Source of the DNA: Eledone cirrhosa
Taxonomy: Eukaryota
Assembly (NCBI GenBank): GCA_964016885.1
Contig: OZ024742.1
Location: 109,368,001 to 109,432,000, forward strand
DNA: 64,000 nucleotides
Direction: 5' to 3'
The position numbers were made by a program, and so were the translations under genes. Under the pieces are notes generated by a model, which saw nothing but the letters and a program-made list of their open reading frames with translations, was not told the DNA's origin and ran no database searches. Shown here piece by piece: positions 44,469 to 59,301 of the stretch; position 1 is the stretch's first letter; every line of letters starts with the position of its first letter.

Positions 44469-47400
44469 GTTTCTTCGCTCAGCTTCTAACGTTGGAGGTG
44501 AATGTCAGTGTTAACTGTTCACTACCAGTGAACTGAGGTAACACCCCTTAGTTTTCGAGTACCCTCCGGGGTATTTGAGTGGTTCCACTCAATTCTATTT
44601 TTTGAAGTGTTCCATCCGTATTGCAGTCCCTACTTGTTTGATGTACATCTCAAGATCTCTACTCACATTCCCAAGATTTCAACTATTATTCGTATTACCA
44701 CCACCTTTTTCTCTAACCACAACTGTTTAATCTCCCAAGCTAACCTGTTATATCTATCGTTTGTTTTCCTTCTTTATCGCATACATAATTATCAGCTGTC
44801 CAAGCTATATCTATGATCCAACACTGTCTGCTTTCTTTCTCAATTAATACAATATCTGGTCATGCTGTATTACAAAGTCCTACAGGATCTTTGCATTATC
44901 ATTTTCGATAACGGCCTCGGGGTTATGTTCATACCACGTTTCTGCTCTGTCAAGTGCATCAAGTGCCACAAAGTGTCCAATGCCTTCGCTATGTTGTCGT
45001 GACATCTCTTATATTATTTCTGAACGAACTAGTGCTGTACATTGACTGATAATATGCCTTACAGTTTCTCCATTCATGCCATAAATTCTACACTTACTAC
45101 TTTCTACTGTGTAGTCTACTCTATGCTTGGTGTAGTTAGTTCTTAGCGTTTTGTTCTTGAGTAGCACAGATTAAGGCGTCTGATTCCGGTTTTAGATCCC
45201 CTTTAACCATCCCTAACCACCTTTTTTCTCTATCTGTCCTATCTTCAACATGGAATTGCCCATACAATATTTTTTCTGTCCACCTACTTTCAGTTTCATC
45301 CATTCTCAAATGCTTGTACTGTGTTTTTTTCTTTGCAATCTTCTATTTTGCACATCCCTGACCTTCTTACTTCCAGCAACAACGGTTCTGTGGAATATTT
45401 TATGTACCACGCCATATTGTTTTCTTCTGTTCTAATGCTGTCTTCATATCCAATCAGTCCTCTTCCTCCTATTTTTCTTGGTACATATAATCTGTCTGTG
45501 TCACTCTTTGGGTGAAATACTCCATATCTAGTCAATATCTTTCTTGTCTTTCGGTCTAAATTGTTTACCTCATCCACTATCCACGTGATCCTCCTCGTCC
45601 CATATCTAAGGAGTGATACCGCCCATGTATTGATAGCTTCCATCTTATTCCATCCATTCAGTTTTGATTTGAGAAGTCTCAGTCTTCACATATATTCCTG
45701 CATTATCTTATCAACTTCCAATATCCCTAACCATCCTTTTCTATTTTCTTCATAACCTTTCCTGATGGCACCCCCACCCAATGATTTTAATTTTGGCTCT
45801 GTTCAAGATAAATACATCGCACGTTTTTAATCCGAACTCCATTCTTATGTCAGCACTGTATACATTGTATTAACGAGGGAACTAAGCTGGGATTCATTCT
45901 TACCATAAAGGTTCAGGTCGTCCATGAATAATAAGTGGTTGACTTTTTGCTGGCGACTTTTGAATTCATACCCAGTCATAACTATTCTCAAAATCATTGT
46001 CAGTGGTATCATGCACAGTACAAACATCAGTGGTGACAGGCTGTCCTCTTGGAATATACCTTTCTTGATTTATATTCTTCCTTAATTTCTTCTATGAGCT
46101 GTCAGTTCAGTCTTCCACTCTTTCATACTTTTCCTTAAGAATTGCTCAACATTTGCTGCAATACCAAATAAGTTAACGCATTCCGTAATCCAAGAGTACG
46201 GAATCATGTTATAGGCTTTGTGATAATCGATCATCCACGCCATGGTCAAGTTGGTTTTCCTCTTTTTGCTATCCTTAAGTATTGTTTTATCCATCAAAAG
46301 CTAGTCTTTTGTACCTCTGAACTTGCACCCCTTCTGTTCATCTGTTAGAGCTCTATTGTCTTCAATCTGTCCGTACATTATTTCTGCGATAATTCCAGTC
46401 AATAATTTCCACATAAGTGGTATGCATGTTATCGCATTCCCTTTAGTGATATCTTTTAAGCACAAACCTGTCCTTCCTTTTGTCAGCCACTCCGGTATCA
46501 CTTGATCAGCATTTAGCAATGTGTTGAGTTGTTCTATTATTCGTTCAGGGCATTGACTAAATCTTTTGATCCATGAGCCTTGAACTCCATCTAGTCTCTG
46601 AGACATCCAGTTGCTCATCTTTTTTCTGGCTTCCTTCATGTCTCTGGCTGAAATGACTAGTTTTGCCTGCTGTGAGCAAACTGTTGTTTGTTTAAGTTCT
46701 TCTAACGATTCAGCGTCCTTCTTGTGTTCCTCTTTACTCCAAATGTCGCTCCAAAGCTGTTAGCTTTCATAATTATCCGGTATAATCACTTCATCTGTAC
46801 ACTATCCATTTATTTTTCGGTAAAATCTCTTTTGGTCTACTCTGTATAGTTTATTTTGCTGATATTGCTTTATTCTTTGTTCGTATCTAAGTATCTTTGC
46901 TTTTTTTGCTATTAGACGTTGCTTGAGTTACTCCATTACTACTTTTTCGCCTTTTCTTTCAATACCATACTTTCTTTCCAGTGCTCTGTATTCTTTTACT
47001 TTTCTAAGCTCTCCCTTCTCTTTTCGTACTAAGACAGAAATGTCCTTCAAGAGGGTATCTATACTGGCCTGTATTCTCCTTTTCCACCATCGCTCTTTTC
47101 TTTGGTCTCCCTTGGTGTGTTTCTTTACCATGACATATTTTCTGCTATAACAATGCTTGCTGACTTTATCAAATCATTTGTTTCTGTGTTGTTATTTGTT
47201 TTGATGTATTTCAGAACTTCATTCACCGTATATATTTCTTTGTTCAGCTTGCATTGGTCAACCTTCTTCAGGTTGCAAATACGACTCCTGTTGTCCTCCT
47301 GTAACCTTGCCTTTATTCTGTCGTGCATTGCCTTCTGTTCACCTGTCATATTTTCATTAATTTCATTGTCTTCATAGGGCGGTGGATTGGCAGTATCGGT

Positions 47401-48090
47401 AGAGGATCGGACGCCATGCTTTCCAGCATAGTTACGTCCCTTTACGGTCTGAGTTCAAATCCCGTCGAAGTTAACTTTGCCTTTCATCCTTGCGGGGTCG
47501 ATAAAATAAAATACCAGTAATGCACTGAGTAATTGCTGGCCTTGTGCCAAATATAGAAACAATTAATTTCATTGTCTTCCATACCATCTACATTTCTCTC
47601 ACCAGAGAAACCATCTCTACCCTGTTTCTGTTGGTTACCAGAAATCTCTTCACCCTTCCTCTCTGCTGTAGTTTCCCTTTCCTCAGTAATATCTGTAGTT
47701 TCACCATTTCTTTCACTGTTGTTTTCTGATATCGGTCTTTTGCTAACTTCGAATTCTACATTTGTCAACCATCAATTTTTTCTTATTGCTCTGACTTGGT
47801 GACATAACTTCTGCTCTGTGAGTTGAAACAAGCCTCTTTCTCTACATTTTTTATGCATTCGTTGTCGGTATCCTTTGATAGGGACCCCCATTTTCATCTA
47901 CAGGATTTCTCAACTAGTAACACTCCATGACCACAACATTTACTTATTTACTCCACCTCTGTCATGGTTGCTGGTCCATTGCTGAATAACGACCTGTTGG
48001 AGCCGGACCAGGTACTCCAAGTCGGCCTGGCACGATATCTTCATCAACGAGGGTTCCAGTCCGGTTAATGTCATTGTTCTCAAATTTTTC
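44469..48090 (-). mobile_element. Near full-length decayed Dong/R4-clade LINE (family C) ending at TAA repeats
   Basis: N-terminal VVMECY..GYRQRMHK..TEQKLC; DYHKAY.MIPYSWI, GIFQEDSLSPLMF, HLLFMDDL, IGGRGLI, CCHC remnant, RHDN, PDIVLI..WIIDIA; 3' end abuts AATAATAA. Confidence 0.88.
47377..47561 (+). mobile_element. Full-length SINE family 1 nested in the Dong-like LINE, ~21-bp TSD
   Basis: TSD ATTAATTTCATTGTCTTC(C)ATA at 47356-47376 and 47562-47583. Confidence 0.92.
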
Positions 48091-48407
48091 TTGATTTAAG
48101 GGGTCAATTTATTCAAATGTCCACTTCCCCCAAATTTGCGGCCCTTGTACCAATGTTTCTTCATGATTTCTTCTGTGGAAATTCCTTAAGTGCACCGTTC
48201 AGTTTTCTTTTTTTATCAAAGCTACCACGCTGTTTCTTATGTACGTCATGTTCTTATATTTCTTAGGCTACACTATTATCCACCTTTGTCGTCTTCAACT
48301 ATTTAAGCATCGTCAGATATAATAATCACCATCGAGTCCACCGCAACTATTGTACTCACCAACACCACCGCTAAAATCACCACCATCACCACAACAACAA
48401 CAATCCT

Positions 48408-48970
<563 letters not shown>

Positions 48971-48971
48971 T

Positions 48972-49130
48972 AATTATTTCTACTTTTGGCACAAGGCCAG
49001 CAATTATCTCAGTGTATTACTGGTACTTTATTTTATCGACCCCGTAAGGATGAAAGATGAAAGGGCCGTAACTCTTTGCTGCAAAGCATGGCGTCCGACC
49101 CTTTACCGATACTGCCAATCCACCGCCCTA
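48972..49130 (-). mobile_element. SINE family 1, internally deleted
   Basis: Reverse complement head GGGCGGTGGATTGGCAGTATCGG and tail. Confidence 0.8.
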
Positions 49131-49196
49131 AATACTACTACTAATAATAATACTACTACTACTAATAACACCACTAACACCACCAACACCACCACC

Positions 49197-49249
<53 letters not shown>

Positions 49250-49371
49250 CACAAGATACGATATCACTGCATTTCAACTACGATCACCTTATCGTTATTT
49301 TGGTGAGGTATAGTATAACTGGGACTCCATTATCTAATGTGTGCTTTTTCTATAGGGTTAGTAGATAGCTT

Positions 49372-49435
<64 letters not shown>

Positions 49436-49442
49436 CAGTAGT

Positions 49443-49477
<35 letters not shown>

Positions 49478-49714
49478 TAGTAGTAGTAGGTACGAATTGA
49501 GTGATATTAGGCTGCTGTTTATAACATTCATAAATATTATGCATAACCACCTCCCTCCGTTGTCTCATCTATTAATCAACCTCATATTGTAACATGACAT
49601 AATATATTACACCTAATATACAATTACTGTCTTCTAATCTCCTTATCTTAAATTAATCTCTTCTACTTATTTCACTCGCAGAGTCTTCACGAAGCTGCAA
49701 GAGACATCATTTTT

Positions 49715-50185
49715 TTTTTTAAATAACCAGAGAGTGATATATTTTAATTAACCAGGGTGTTATTGTTTTTAAACAATCAGCGAGTTTTATATAGTTTCCA
49801 ATAAAGAAATAGTTATATTTTTTAAATAACCAGAGAGTGATATATTTTAATTGACCAGAGAGTTATTGTTTTTAAATAACCAGCGAGTTTTATATAGTTT
49901 TGAATAAAAAAAATAGTTATATATAAGCAGCAGGTTATACTTTAAATAAACAAAGAGTTACGTATATTTGTTTAAATAACTACCGCGTTATGTTTTTTCA
50001 GTAACCAGCCAGTTATATATTTAAGATAATCAGTGAGTTATATTTTTTTTACATGACCTTAGTGTTATATTTTTAAATAATCAGTGGGTTATATTTATGA
50101 AATAACCTGCGTGTTATAACTATGAAATAACTTGCAAGTTATATTTTGAAAAAGCGGCGGTTCATAGTTTTAAATAATCAGAGAA
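49715..50185. repeat. Degenerate ~26-30-bp tandem repeat (TTATATTTTTAAATAACCAGNGAG)
   Basis: AAATAACCAG-like motif recurs roughly 15 times. Confidence 0.7.
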
Positions 50186-50370
50186 ATATTTTTCCCCATT
50201 TAGTGATATAAACGCCAACTTCAACACACATACCAATTTCTTGGTAGTCTCTATTATCTTATCTAATCTGAGTATTTATAATCCTGAATACGGAGGTGGT
50301 TGATGAGTTTTTTATCTGGTAATTGTATCCCATTATCTCTCACTATTTCTCATTTTTCATACTTATGAAT

Positions 50371-50453
<83 letters not shown>

Positions 50454-50460
50454 ATATACG

Positions 50461-50492
<32 letters not shown>

Positions 50493-50502
50493 CATACATA
50501 CA

Positions 50503-50532
<30 letters not shown>

Positions 50533-50533
<1 letters not shown>

Positions 50534-50600
50534 CTATGTTAGAAACCCACTCTCTCGCTCTCTATTGCTAAACATTTATAACATTATAAAACTAGAAGAA
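50533..50600 (+). mobile_element. Extreme 3' fragment of R4/Dong family B in (CATA)n
   Basis: Matches 54473-54538. Confidence 0.75.
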
Positions 50601-50670
50601 CTTACATACATACATACATACACTCATACATGCATCCATGCATGCATGCATGCATACATACATACATACA

Positions 50671-51278
50671 TGGTGGCTGCCAACTCGTTTTCGAGTACGG
50701 CCACTACTTTATATCCATATAGGAGAACCCCTACCGATGCGCTGAACGAGTGTGACTTTTTAGTCCAGTCAGCAACTTGAAAACTCTGGTACAAACACTA
50801 CACTTGTGACAAATATTGACACATAGTGCTGGGCCCATGGTACCCTGTGACGACAAGTGCAGAGAGATCTCCAGATATAAAGCAATGCCTGTGCCGTGAA
50901 GCTTTTATAGTGAGCAAAGGCACTGCACAAAGCCAGTCCCACTCTCTTAACCAAGATGATATTTACCAAAAAGAAGAACAAGTCAACATCATTGGATACC
51001 ATCAGAGTTGCAGGTGTTATATCAGAGTTTTCCTTCTCCTAGAATTCTGCCTTGACAAAGGCTAAAGGGTCATCTCTCCCGGTGATTTTGGATGGCCATT
51101 GACTCTTAAGAGCTCCTTTGCCCTTTGACAGGTCTTGTTTTTAGTCCTGCAGGATGTCCAAAGTCACCCTCCTCACCAAGAAACCTTGGTGGGGTTGCCA
51201 GTTTAGTCGCCAACGACCCGACCATGGGTCAGGTTGTACTGGGATACATGTTACCAGTAGCACCAACTGGTGACCTGA
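50671..51278 (-). mobile_element. 608-bp non-autonomous RTE derivative, copy 2
   Basis: Near-identical to 19093-19700; (CATA)n on both sides. Confidence 0.88.
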
Positions 51279-51434
51279 CATATACATACATACATACATA
51301 CATACATACATACATACATACAAACATGCATACATGCATACCTGCATACATACATACATACATACATACATACATACATACATACATACATACATACATA
51401 CATACATACATACATACATACATACATACATACA

Positions 51435-54400
51435 TACGCGTTATTGACGAAATAGGGGATGAATATTTACGACGGATAAAAGCCCCAACATTTTGGCAAA
51501 TCAACGCCTGTTTATATGCCCTAGCAACGACAGTGAGGCATTATCTTGGTGATAGCAGAGATATTAACTAGAACAGAACACCACCAAAAATACCATCATA
51601 TATAACTAAAATAGAAAAAAAGAGTGCTGACCTACGAAAAAACATAGGACATGTGACAATGTTCCTTACATGTAAACAAACACAAAAAAACCTCACTCCT
51701 CACCAACAAAGAGTGAAAAATAAAATAGAGACGATGTTTGGTAACAGTAGAACCAGAACTCTTCAATATAAGCTGATCACCCTCAAACAAGAATTGAGAG
51801 CTGTTAGCGAAAAACGCCGATACCTGAAGAAGGTAGATGAGAGAAAAGTTATTAATAAAAGATTCAGACGAAACCAAACATCAGTCTATAGAGATATGAA
51901 GGGCAAAATAATAAGTGTCACTGAGGCCCCATCCCAGAAAGACAGATTCCTTTTGGAGAAAAATATGGGGTGAAAAGAAGAATTTCAACCAAGATGCAGT
52001 GTGGCTAAGAGAAATCCGAAAGAACTATTGTTCCTACACTACAACAAAAACATACGAAATAAGTGAGGATACCCTTGAGACTGTGATAGGAAATACCAAG
52101 ATAAGAAAACACCAGGAAGAGACATGATTGTCGGCTACTGGTACAAAAAACTGATATTCTATCGGAGGTATCTTACTGACCTCTACCAATAAGTTCTTAA
52201 GGGAGATACACTTATACCAGAATGATTGACATTAGCACAAACATTACTGGTCCCCAAGAACAAAAACACCCACTTGGCAAAAACTACCGACTCATTGCAT
52301 GCCAGAACCTGATGTATAAGATGTATACAGCCTGCCTGAACCTATTCCTCCAAGATCACTGTGAAAATAATAACATCATCACAGATGAACAAGCAGCTGG
52401 ACAGAAGGGGATTGGGGATGTGCTGAACAACTCCTAATCAACAAAACTGCGATGTCGGAGGTGCGACTACTTGGGAGGAATATGACTACAGTCTGGCTGG
52501 ACTACAGGAAAGCTTTCGATTCTGTCCCCCCACTCTTGGATGATAGAGGCCCTCCGACTTGCTAAAGTCCCAGACATTATTGTCAGAGCCATAGAGAGGC
52601 TGTCTTCTTCTTGGGCTACTATCCTAAGGTTAAAGACAGAGAGGGGGGACTTTATTTTCACTGATAAAATGAAATATTGCAGGGGTATATTTCAGGGGGA
52701 CAGTCTCTCGGTGATATTATTCATCTTGTCATTAAACCCCTTGTCCTTTCTGCTCAAGAAATGTGAGGGATACATCATTGGCTCACAGGAAGGCAGAAAT
52801 AGGAATCCAACCCATAATTTCTTTGTGGGCGATCTGAAACTCTATGCCAAGAACATGGATGGGATGAAGAAAAATCTTGACCTGGTTACAACGTTCTCAA
52901 AGGATATAGGAATGGAGTTTGGCCAAGATAAATGCTCATACATGACTGTAAAGCGGGGAAAAACAACAACCCAATCTAGCAACATTGTTATCAATGGCCT
53001 AACTGTTTCACCGATATCTTATAAGGACTGCTACAGATACCTGGGGTAGATGAGAACATATCCTATAATGGTATCTGTAATAAAGAACGCGTAACCAGGG
53101 AATACTACACCCGATTAAGAAAACAAAACAGTGGCTCACAATGTGTTTGCTGTGCCTGTCCTAACACCAACATTTGGAATACTCAATTGGACGATTGACG
53201 AAATCCGAGCAGTTGATGTTGGAACTCGAAAAATACTGAACTACACCGGAAACTTCCACATCAACAGTGACATAGACCGCCTTTACTTGAAACGTAAGCA
53301 GGGAGGCAGAGGCCTAACATCAGTCCAGATAACATTTGAATGTCGCATCATATCTCTCCGACAACATCTACGAACCTTGAAGCGTAGGAGTCAGTTTCTC
53401 GAGCAAGTCTATCTGCATGAAACAGAAGGAACTCCTCGAGAGATATTCCCTGTGTGATAATCAAAAGCTGACACCCAGGGATGTCGCTCAGCAGTATCGC
53501 AGTCAATCCATGGATGGAACACTGCATGCAAAAAAATCGTGCATGGATATGTTGCCAGGAAGCTCCAGAGTGAGGGTAATATACATAAGGAATGTAGTCT
53601 ATCTTGGACCAACAACCACTATATTGGCTCCCCCTTTGAAGGATACGCTTTTACAATCCAGGAACAGGAGATTAACACGAAATACCTGATTCACAAAAGA
53701 GATAGGGATGCAGGCAAAACACCTAGATGTGATAACAAGTGCAGACTCTGCAGAACTAACATCGGGGATATCACCCATGTCATCAGCAGCTGTCCAAAGA
53801 TGTCATCGCGGAACTATCTACCTATGAGGCATGATGTAGTGGCCAAAACACTGTACAATGCAGTTCGCAAAAAAGATAGCCCCGATAATAAACACATTAA
53901 AAGCTACATAATATGAAAGAGTACTGGTGGAATGTTTCAGTAAAATCCCCAATAAAATGCAGGCATAACAGACCAGATATTATGATATGGGACAGGGAGA
54001 AAAAAACATGCACAGTAGTGGAAGTTAGCTGCCCAGCAGATGCCAATATAATATCAAAGATTAGTGAAAAGGAGAATATTTATGCAGAACTGATGAGAAA
54101 TCTGCAGATACTCCACCCTGATTACACTTTCAGATTTATACCTGTGATTATTGGGGCACTGGGATATGTTAGTAACTGCCTCAATACAAATTTTGAGAAG
54201 CTAGGCTTCACAGGAACAGAAAGAACACAACTAGTTAGGAAATTACAAGTTCAATCCATTAATGGAAAAGTAAAAATATGTAAAACATTCCAAAAATGTT
54301 GCATCTAATAACTACAATTACATATGTACAGATGCAAAGCATATACACATGCTCACATACAACTCAAAATATACACATCCACACATACAATAACATCCAT

Positions 54401-54538
54401 ATCTACACATGCATGCATACATACATATCTACCTAGTTGATGTTGTGTAAATTCCAATGAGAGAGTCTTGTGTCTATGTTAGAAACCGACTCTCTCTCTC
54501 TATTGGTAAAACTTTGTGAAATTATAAAACCAGAAGAA
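51435..54538 (+). mobile_element. R4/Dong family B, 5'-truncated and 3'-complete, frameshifted
   Basis: Near-identical to 20729-22394 in the overlap; continues with KQGGRGL, CRLC..THVISSC, RHD, RPDIMIWD..VVEVSCP and the 3' UTR; both junctions in (CATA)n. Confidence 0.93.
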
Positions 54539-54580
54539 CATACATACATACATACATACATACATACATACATACATACA

Positions 54581-56389
54581 TCGTGGCTGCCAACTCGTTT
54601 TCGAGTACGGCCACTATCTTATATCCATGTAGGAGAACCACTACCGATGCGCTGAACGAGTGTGACTTTTTAGTCCAGCCAGCGACTTTAAAACTCTGGT
54701 ACAAACACTACACTTGTGACAATTATTGACACATAGTGCTGGGCCCATGGTACCATGTGACCACAAGTGCAGAGAGATGTCCAGATATAAAGCAATGCCT
54801 GTGCCGTGAAGCTTTTATGGTGATTTTGGATGGCCATTGACTCTTAAGAGCTCCAGATATAAAGCAATGCCTGTGCCGTGAAGCTTTTATGGTGATTTTG
54901 GATGGCCATTGACTCTTAAGAGCTCCTTTGCCCTTTGACAGGTTTTGTTTTTAGTCCTGCAGGATGTCCAAAGTCACCCTCCTCACCAAGAAACCTTGGT
55001 GGAGTTGCCAGTTTAGTCGCCAACGACCCGACCATGAGACGGGTTGTACTGGGATACATGTTACCAGTAGCACCAACTGGTGACCAACATACATACATAC
55101 ATATATACATACATGGTGGCTGCCAACTCGTTTTCGAGTACGGCCACTACTTTATATCCATGTAGGAGGACCCCTACCGATGCGCTGAACGAGTGTGACT
55201 TTTCAGTCCGGCCAGCGACTTGAAAACTTTGGTACAAACACTACACATGTGACAATTATTGACACATAGTGCTGGGCCCATGGTACCATGTGACGACAAG
55301 TGCAGAGAGATCTCCAGATATAAAGCAATGCCTGTGCCGTGAAGTTTTTATAGTGAGCAAAGGCACTGCACAAAGCCAGTCCCACTCTCTTAACCAAGAT
55401 GATATTTACCAAAAAGAAGAACAAGTCAACATCATTGGATATCATCAGGGTTGCAGGTGTGATATCAGAGTTTTCCTTCTCCTAGAATTCTGCCTTGACA
55501 AAGGCTAAGGGGTCATCTCTCCCGGTGATTTTGGATGGCCATTGACTCTTAAGAGCTCCTTTGCCCTTTGACAGGTTTTGTTTTTAGTCCTGCAGGATGT
55601 CCAAAGTCACCCTCCTCACCAAGAAACCTTGGTGGGGTTGCCAGTTTAGTCGCCAACGACCCGACCATGGGACAGGTTGTACTGGGATACATGTTACCAG
55701 TAGCACCAACTGGTGACCTGACATAATATATGCATACATACATACATACATACATACATACATACATACATACATACATACATACATACATACATACATA
55801 CATACATACATGGTTGTGGCTGCCAACTCGTTTTCGAGTACGGCCACTACTTTATATCCATGTAGGAGAACCCCTACCGAAGCGCTGAACGAGTGTGACT
55901 TTTTAGTCCATCCAGCGACTTGAAAACTCTGGTACAAACACTACACTTGTGACAATTATTGACACATAGTGCTGGGCCTATGGTACAATGTGAGGACAAG
56001 TGCAGAGAGATCTCCAGATATAAAGCAATGCCTGTGCCATGAAGCTTTTATAGTGAGCAAAGGCACTGCACAAAGCCAGTCCCACTCTCTTAACCAAGAT
56101 GATATTTACCAAAAAGAAGAACAAGTCAACATCATTGGATACCATCAGGGTTGCAGGTGTTATATCAGAGTTTTCCTTCTCCTAGAATTCTGCCTTGACA
56201 AAGGCTAAGGGATCATCTCTCCCGGTGATTTTGGATGGCCATTGACTCTTAAGAGCTCCTGTGCCCTTTGACAGGTTTTGTTATAAGTCACCCTCCTCAC
56301 CAAGAAACCTTGGTGGGGTTGCCAGTTTAGTCGCCAACGACCCGACCATGAGACAGGTTGTACTGGGATACATGTTACCAGTAGCACCA
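54581..56389 (-). mobile_element. Three tandem copies of the 608-bp RTE derivative (54581-55085 rearranged, 55114-55721, 55811-56389)
   Basis: Copies separated only by (CATA)n; the first has an internal deletion plus a ~73-bp tandem duplication. Confidence 0.88.
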
Positions 56390-56457
56390 TACATACATAC
56401 ATACATACATACATACATACATACATACATACATACATACATACATACATACATACA

Positions 56458-56488
<31 letters not shown>

Positions 56489-57006
56489 GTGTGTGTGTTT
56501 GTGTGTAACGTCTACCAGGGTTTGTTACCGGCAGTTAGTAGCAACAATTGAGTGATTGACTAACAAATGGAAACATCGTTTCCTTGGTTCGATCTGAAGA
56601 TCAGCGTCTTTTTGCCTTTCCTTTCCATTTTAGTAAAAACCAAAATGAATTTTATCCAACTAACAACAGAGCCTAGTAGATCCTAGCATCGCTAGACACC
56701 AACGCCTCCAGTCATCAACACCAGCCCCAACCAACACCAGCCCCAACCAAATCCCACCCCAACTCTGCCCAAATAATCAATTCCTCACGGACAGCCACTT
56801 AATGTCTGTCATAAAGCAGGATTAGACCGATGTCAACGCTAGAACATTGTCTTACTGTTTTTAAGGCCTTGTTGATTATTAAACAAGTTCTGTCATATTG
56901 CTTTTTATATTTTCATATGTACTTATGTATGTATGTATGTATGTATGTTCGTGTGTATGATTATACACACTCCCTACATATGTATATGCATTTATATATG
57001 TATATA

Positions 57007-57116
<110 letters not shown>

Positions 57117-57545
57117 TGTGTGTGTGTGTGTAAATGTGGATGCGTGTATCTATGCATCAATGTATATACATAGGTGTAGTATGCATACTGACTCATCGAA
57201 TAAATAAAATAGAATATATATGCATATACATATTCACAGACACACACGCACACCCAACCGCATGCACACGCACACATACACATACATTTATGACTGTTTT
57301 TATAAAGTATTTTTTTGTCTTATTATGTTTTTAACCAAGGTCATGTAGTGCATTAGTTTTATCTGAAACATGGCGGTAATAATCTGCGTCTAATTAATTT
57401 TGTACATGCAAGCATATGTGTGTGTATGTATGTGTGTGTGCGTGTGGTGCGGATGATGGCTGTATGGCTATCAACTTGCTCTCGTGTATGACCAGCATTT
57501 GTTTTAGGCCAATATATATATGTGTGTGCGTGTTTATGAGTGTGC

Positions 57546-57628
<83 letters not shown>

Positions 57629-57768
57629 TATAAATATATAAGAAGAAGAAACAGGGGCTGTGTAGTTGGTGGATAAGGTGTACTTATAAATAAGAGGAAA
57701 GCAAGAACGGGAGAAAATTTCCCTTGATCAGTTGTCCGCTGGGGGTCATGGATATTTCTACGCAATAA

Positions 57769-57889
<121 letters not shown>

Positions 57890-58173
57890 GTATCCATACG
57901 TACATAAGAATGAACTAACATAACATACACATATATAAATGCATATACGTATATATAAATATATATATACATGCATTAGCCTGCAAAGTTAATATTTCTT
58001 TGCGTGTATAGATCTGTGCATGCATAATCACAACAGACATACAAGAAGATGTACACGCACGAACACAGACACACATTCACAGATCTGTATATATATATGT
58101 GTGCGTGTGTGTGTGTGAGAGTGGGGGGGTGCGTGCATGAGTGCGTGGTGTGTGTGTGTGTATGTGTGTGTGT

Positions 58174-58237
<64 letters not shown>

Positions 58238-58240
<3 letters not shown>

Positions 58241-58503
58241 AAATACAATGGTCTTGTCATTTGTTCATCACTGAAGCTTGCAACGATTGTCCAAAACCAA
58301 TCTAGCGCTATGCCAAAGGCTGCAGAATGCCACGTATAGAATGGTATTCTTTGAAGTTAGATATGCTGTAATTACTGGTACCGACATTAAAAGCTTGTTA
58401 ATTCTCATCAAAGGTATCCAGTAAGTTGTCAGGAAAGTTTGCAGAAAATATTCGGTGTTCAGTGAGCAGATCAAGGTACAAGAGTTTGTTCTTATTAATC
58501 ACC
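58238..58503 (-). pseudogene. AREL1: AREL1-like HECT E3 ligase retrocopy, inverted 5' segment
   Basis: Minus strand VINKNKLLYLDLLTEHR..FPDNLLDTFDEN*..LDWFWTIVASFSDEQMTRPLYLT resembles the AREL1 HECT as I recall it (VTNANKIFYLNLLAQYR..VPENLLAIFDENE..WFWTVVSSLTQEELARLLQFT); stop and frameshifts present. Confidence 0.78.
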
Positions 58504-58506
58504 GAA

Positions 58507-58695
58507 GTCTTGGAGCCAGGAGGATTTCCAGCGCTGAAACCCAAGTTTCAAACAACTACTATTCTCAACACATTACCTCCAGTATATACATGTTTCAGTC
58601 AACTGTGTCTACCAGACTATGATTCTATCGACAAATTCCACAAGACTCTAATGATAGCGACTAATGAAAGCAACTAAGTTAGTGGGATGGTTTAA
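58507..58695 (+). pseudogene. AREL1: AREL1-like HECT retrocopy, C-terminal segment
   Basis: LEPGGFPALKPKFQ..TLPPVYTCFSQLCLPDYDS..LMIATNESN*VSGMV* versus the recalled LPPGGFAAL.P.FQ..TLPTAHTCFNQLCLPTYDS..LAISEGCEGFGML*. Confidence 0.82.
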
Positions 58696-58957
58696 TGAAG
58701 GGGAGTGTATGTGTGAGTGAGAGTAAGAGAGGAAGAAAGATTGTTTTATATTAAATAAGATAGGAAGGTGAAAAAGAGAGAATGGATGGTGGTAGTACAT
58801 CATTCAGTAAAGTTGTTCAATTTCATGAGTTGGAGTTGGAGTTGGAGCAAAAAGGATTTGTTGATATATCATATATAAGCTGAAGAAGGGCAAACATGGA
58901 GTACGATCATATCTAACTCTACACAACTATCTGTTCACAGGTAAATCTACTTGTTAA

Positions 58958-59262
58958 GGCGCATGGCTTAGTGGATAGGCTGTTTAGCTTACGATCGTAA
59001 GGTCATATGTTCAACTTACGATGGCACGCTGTGTTCTTGAGCCAAACACTTTATTTCACATTACTTTAGTTATTCAACTCGCAACTGTACCTGTAATTGA
59101 AAGGCCCAGCCTTGTCATTCAATGTACTATGCTAAAGTTCCTTAAAAGCTACATTAACGGTACACGTGTCTGTGAGATGTTCAGCCATATGCAACTTAAT
59201 TTTACTAACAGGATGTTCCGTTGATTTAATTACCCGGGACAACTATCGTTGGAACCCATGGA
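58958..59262 (+). mobile_element. tRNA-derived SINE family 2
   Basis: Head GGCGCATGGCTTAGTGG, body TGTGTTCTTGAGC.AAACACTTTATTTCAC. Confidence 0.65.
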
Positions 59263-59267
59263 GATCC

Positions 59268-59301
<34 letters not shown>

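Noticed and set aside
47377-47470. tRNA genes at SINE heads
   Set aside because: Only A/B boxes; no cloverleaf; followed by SINE body, with a TSD.
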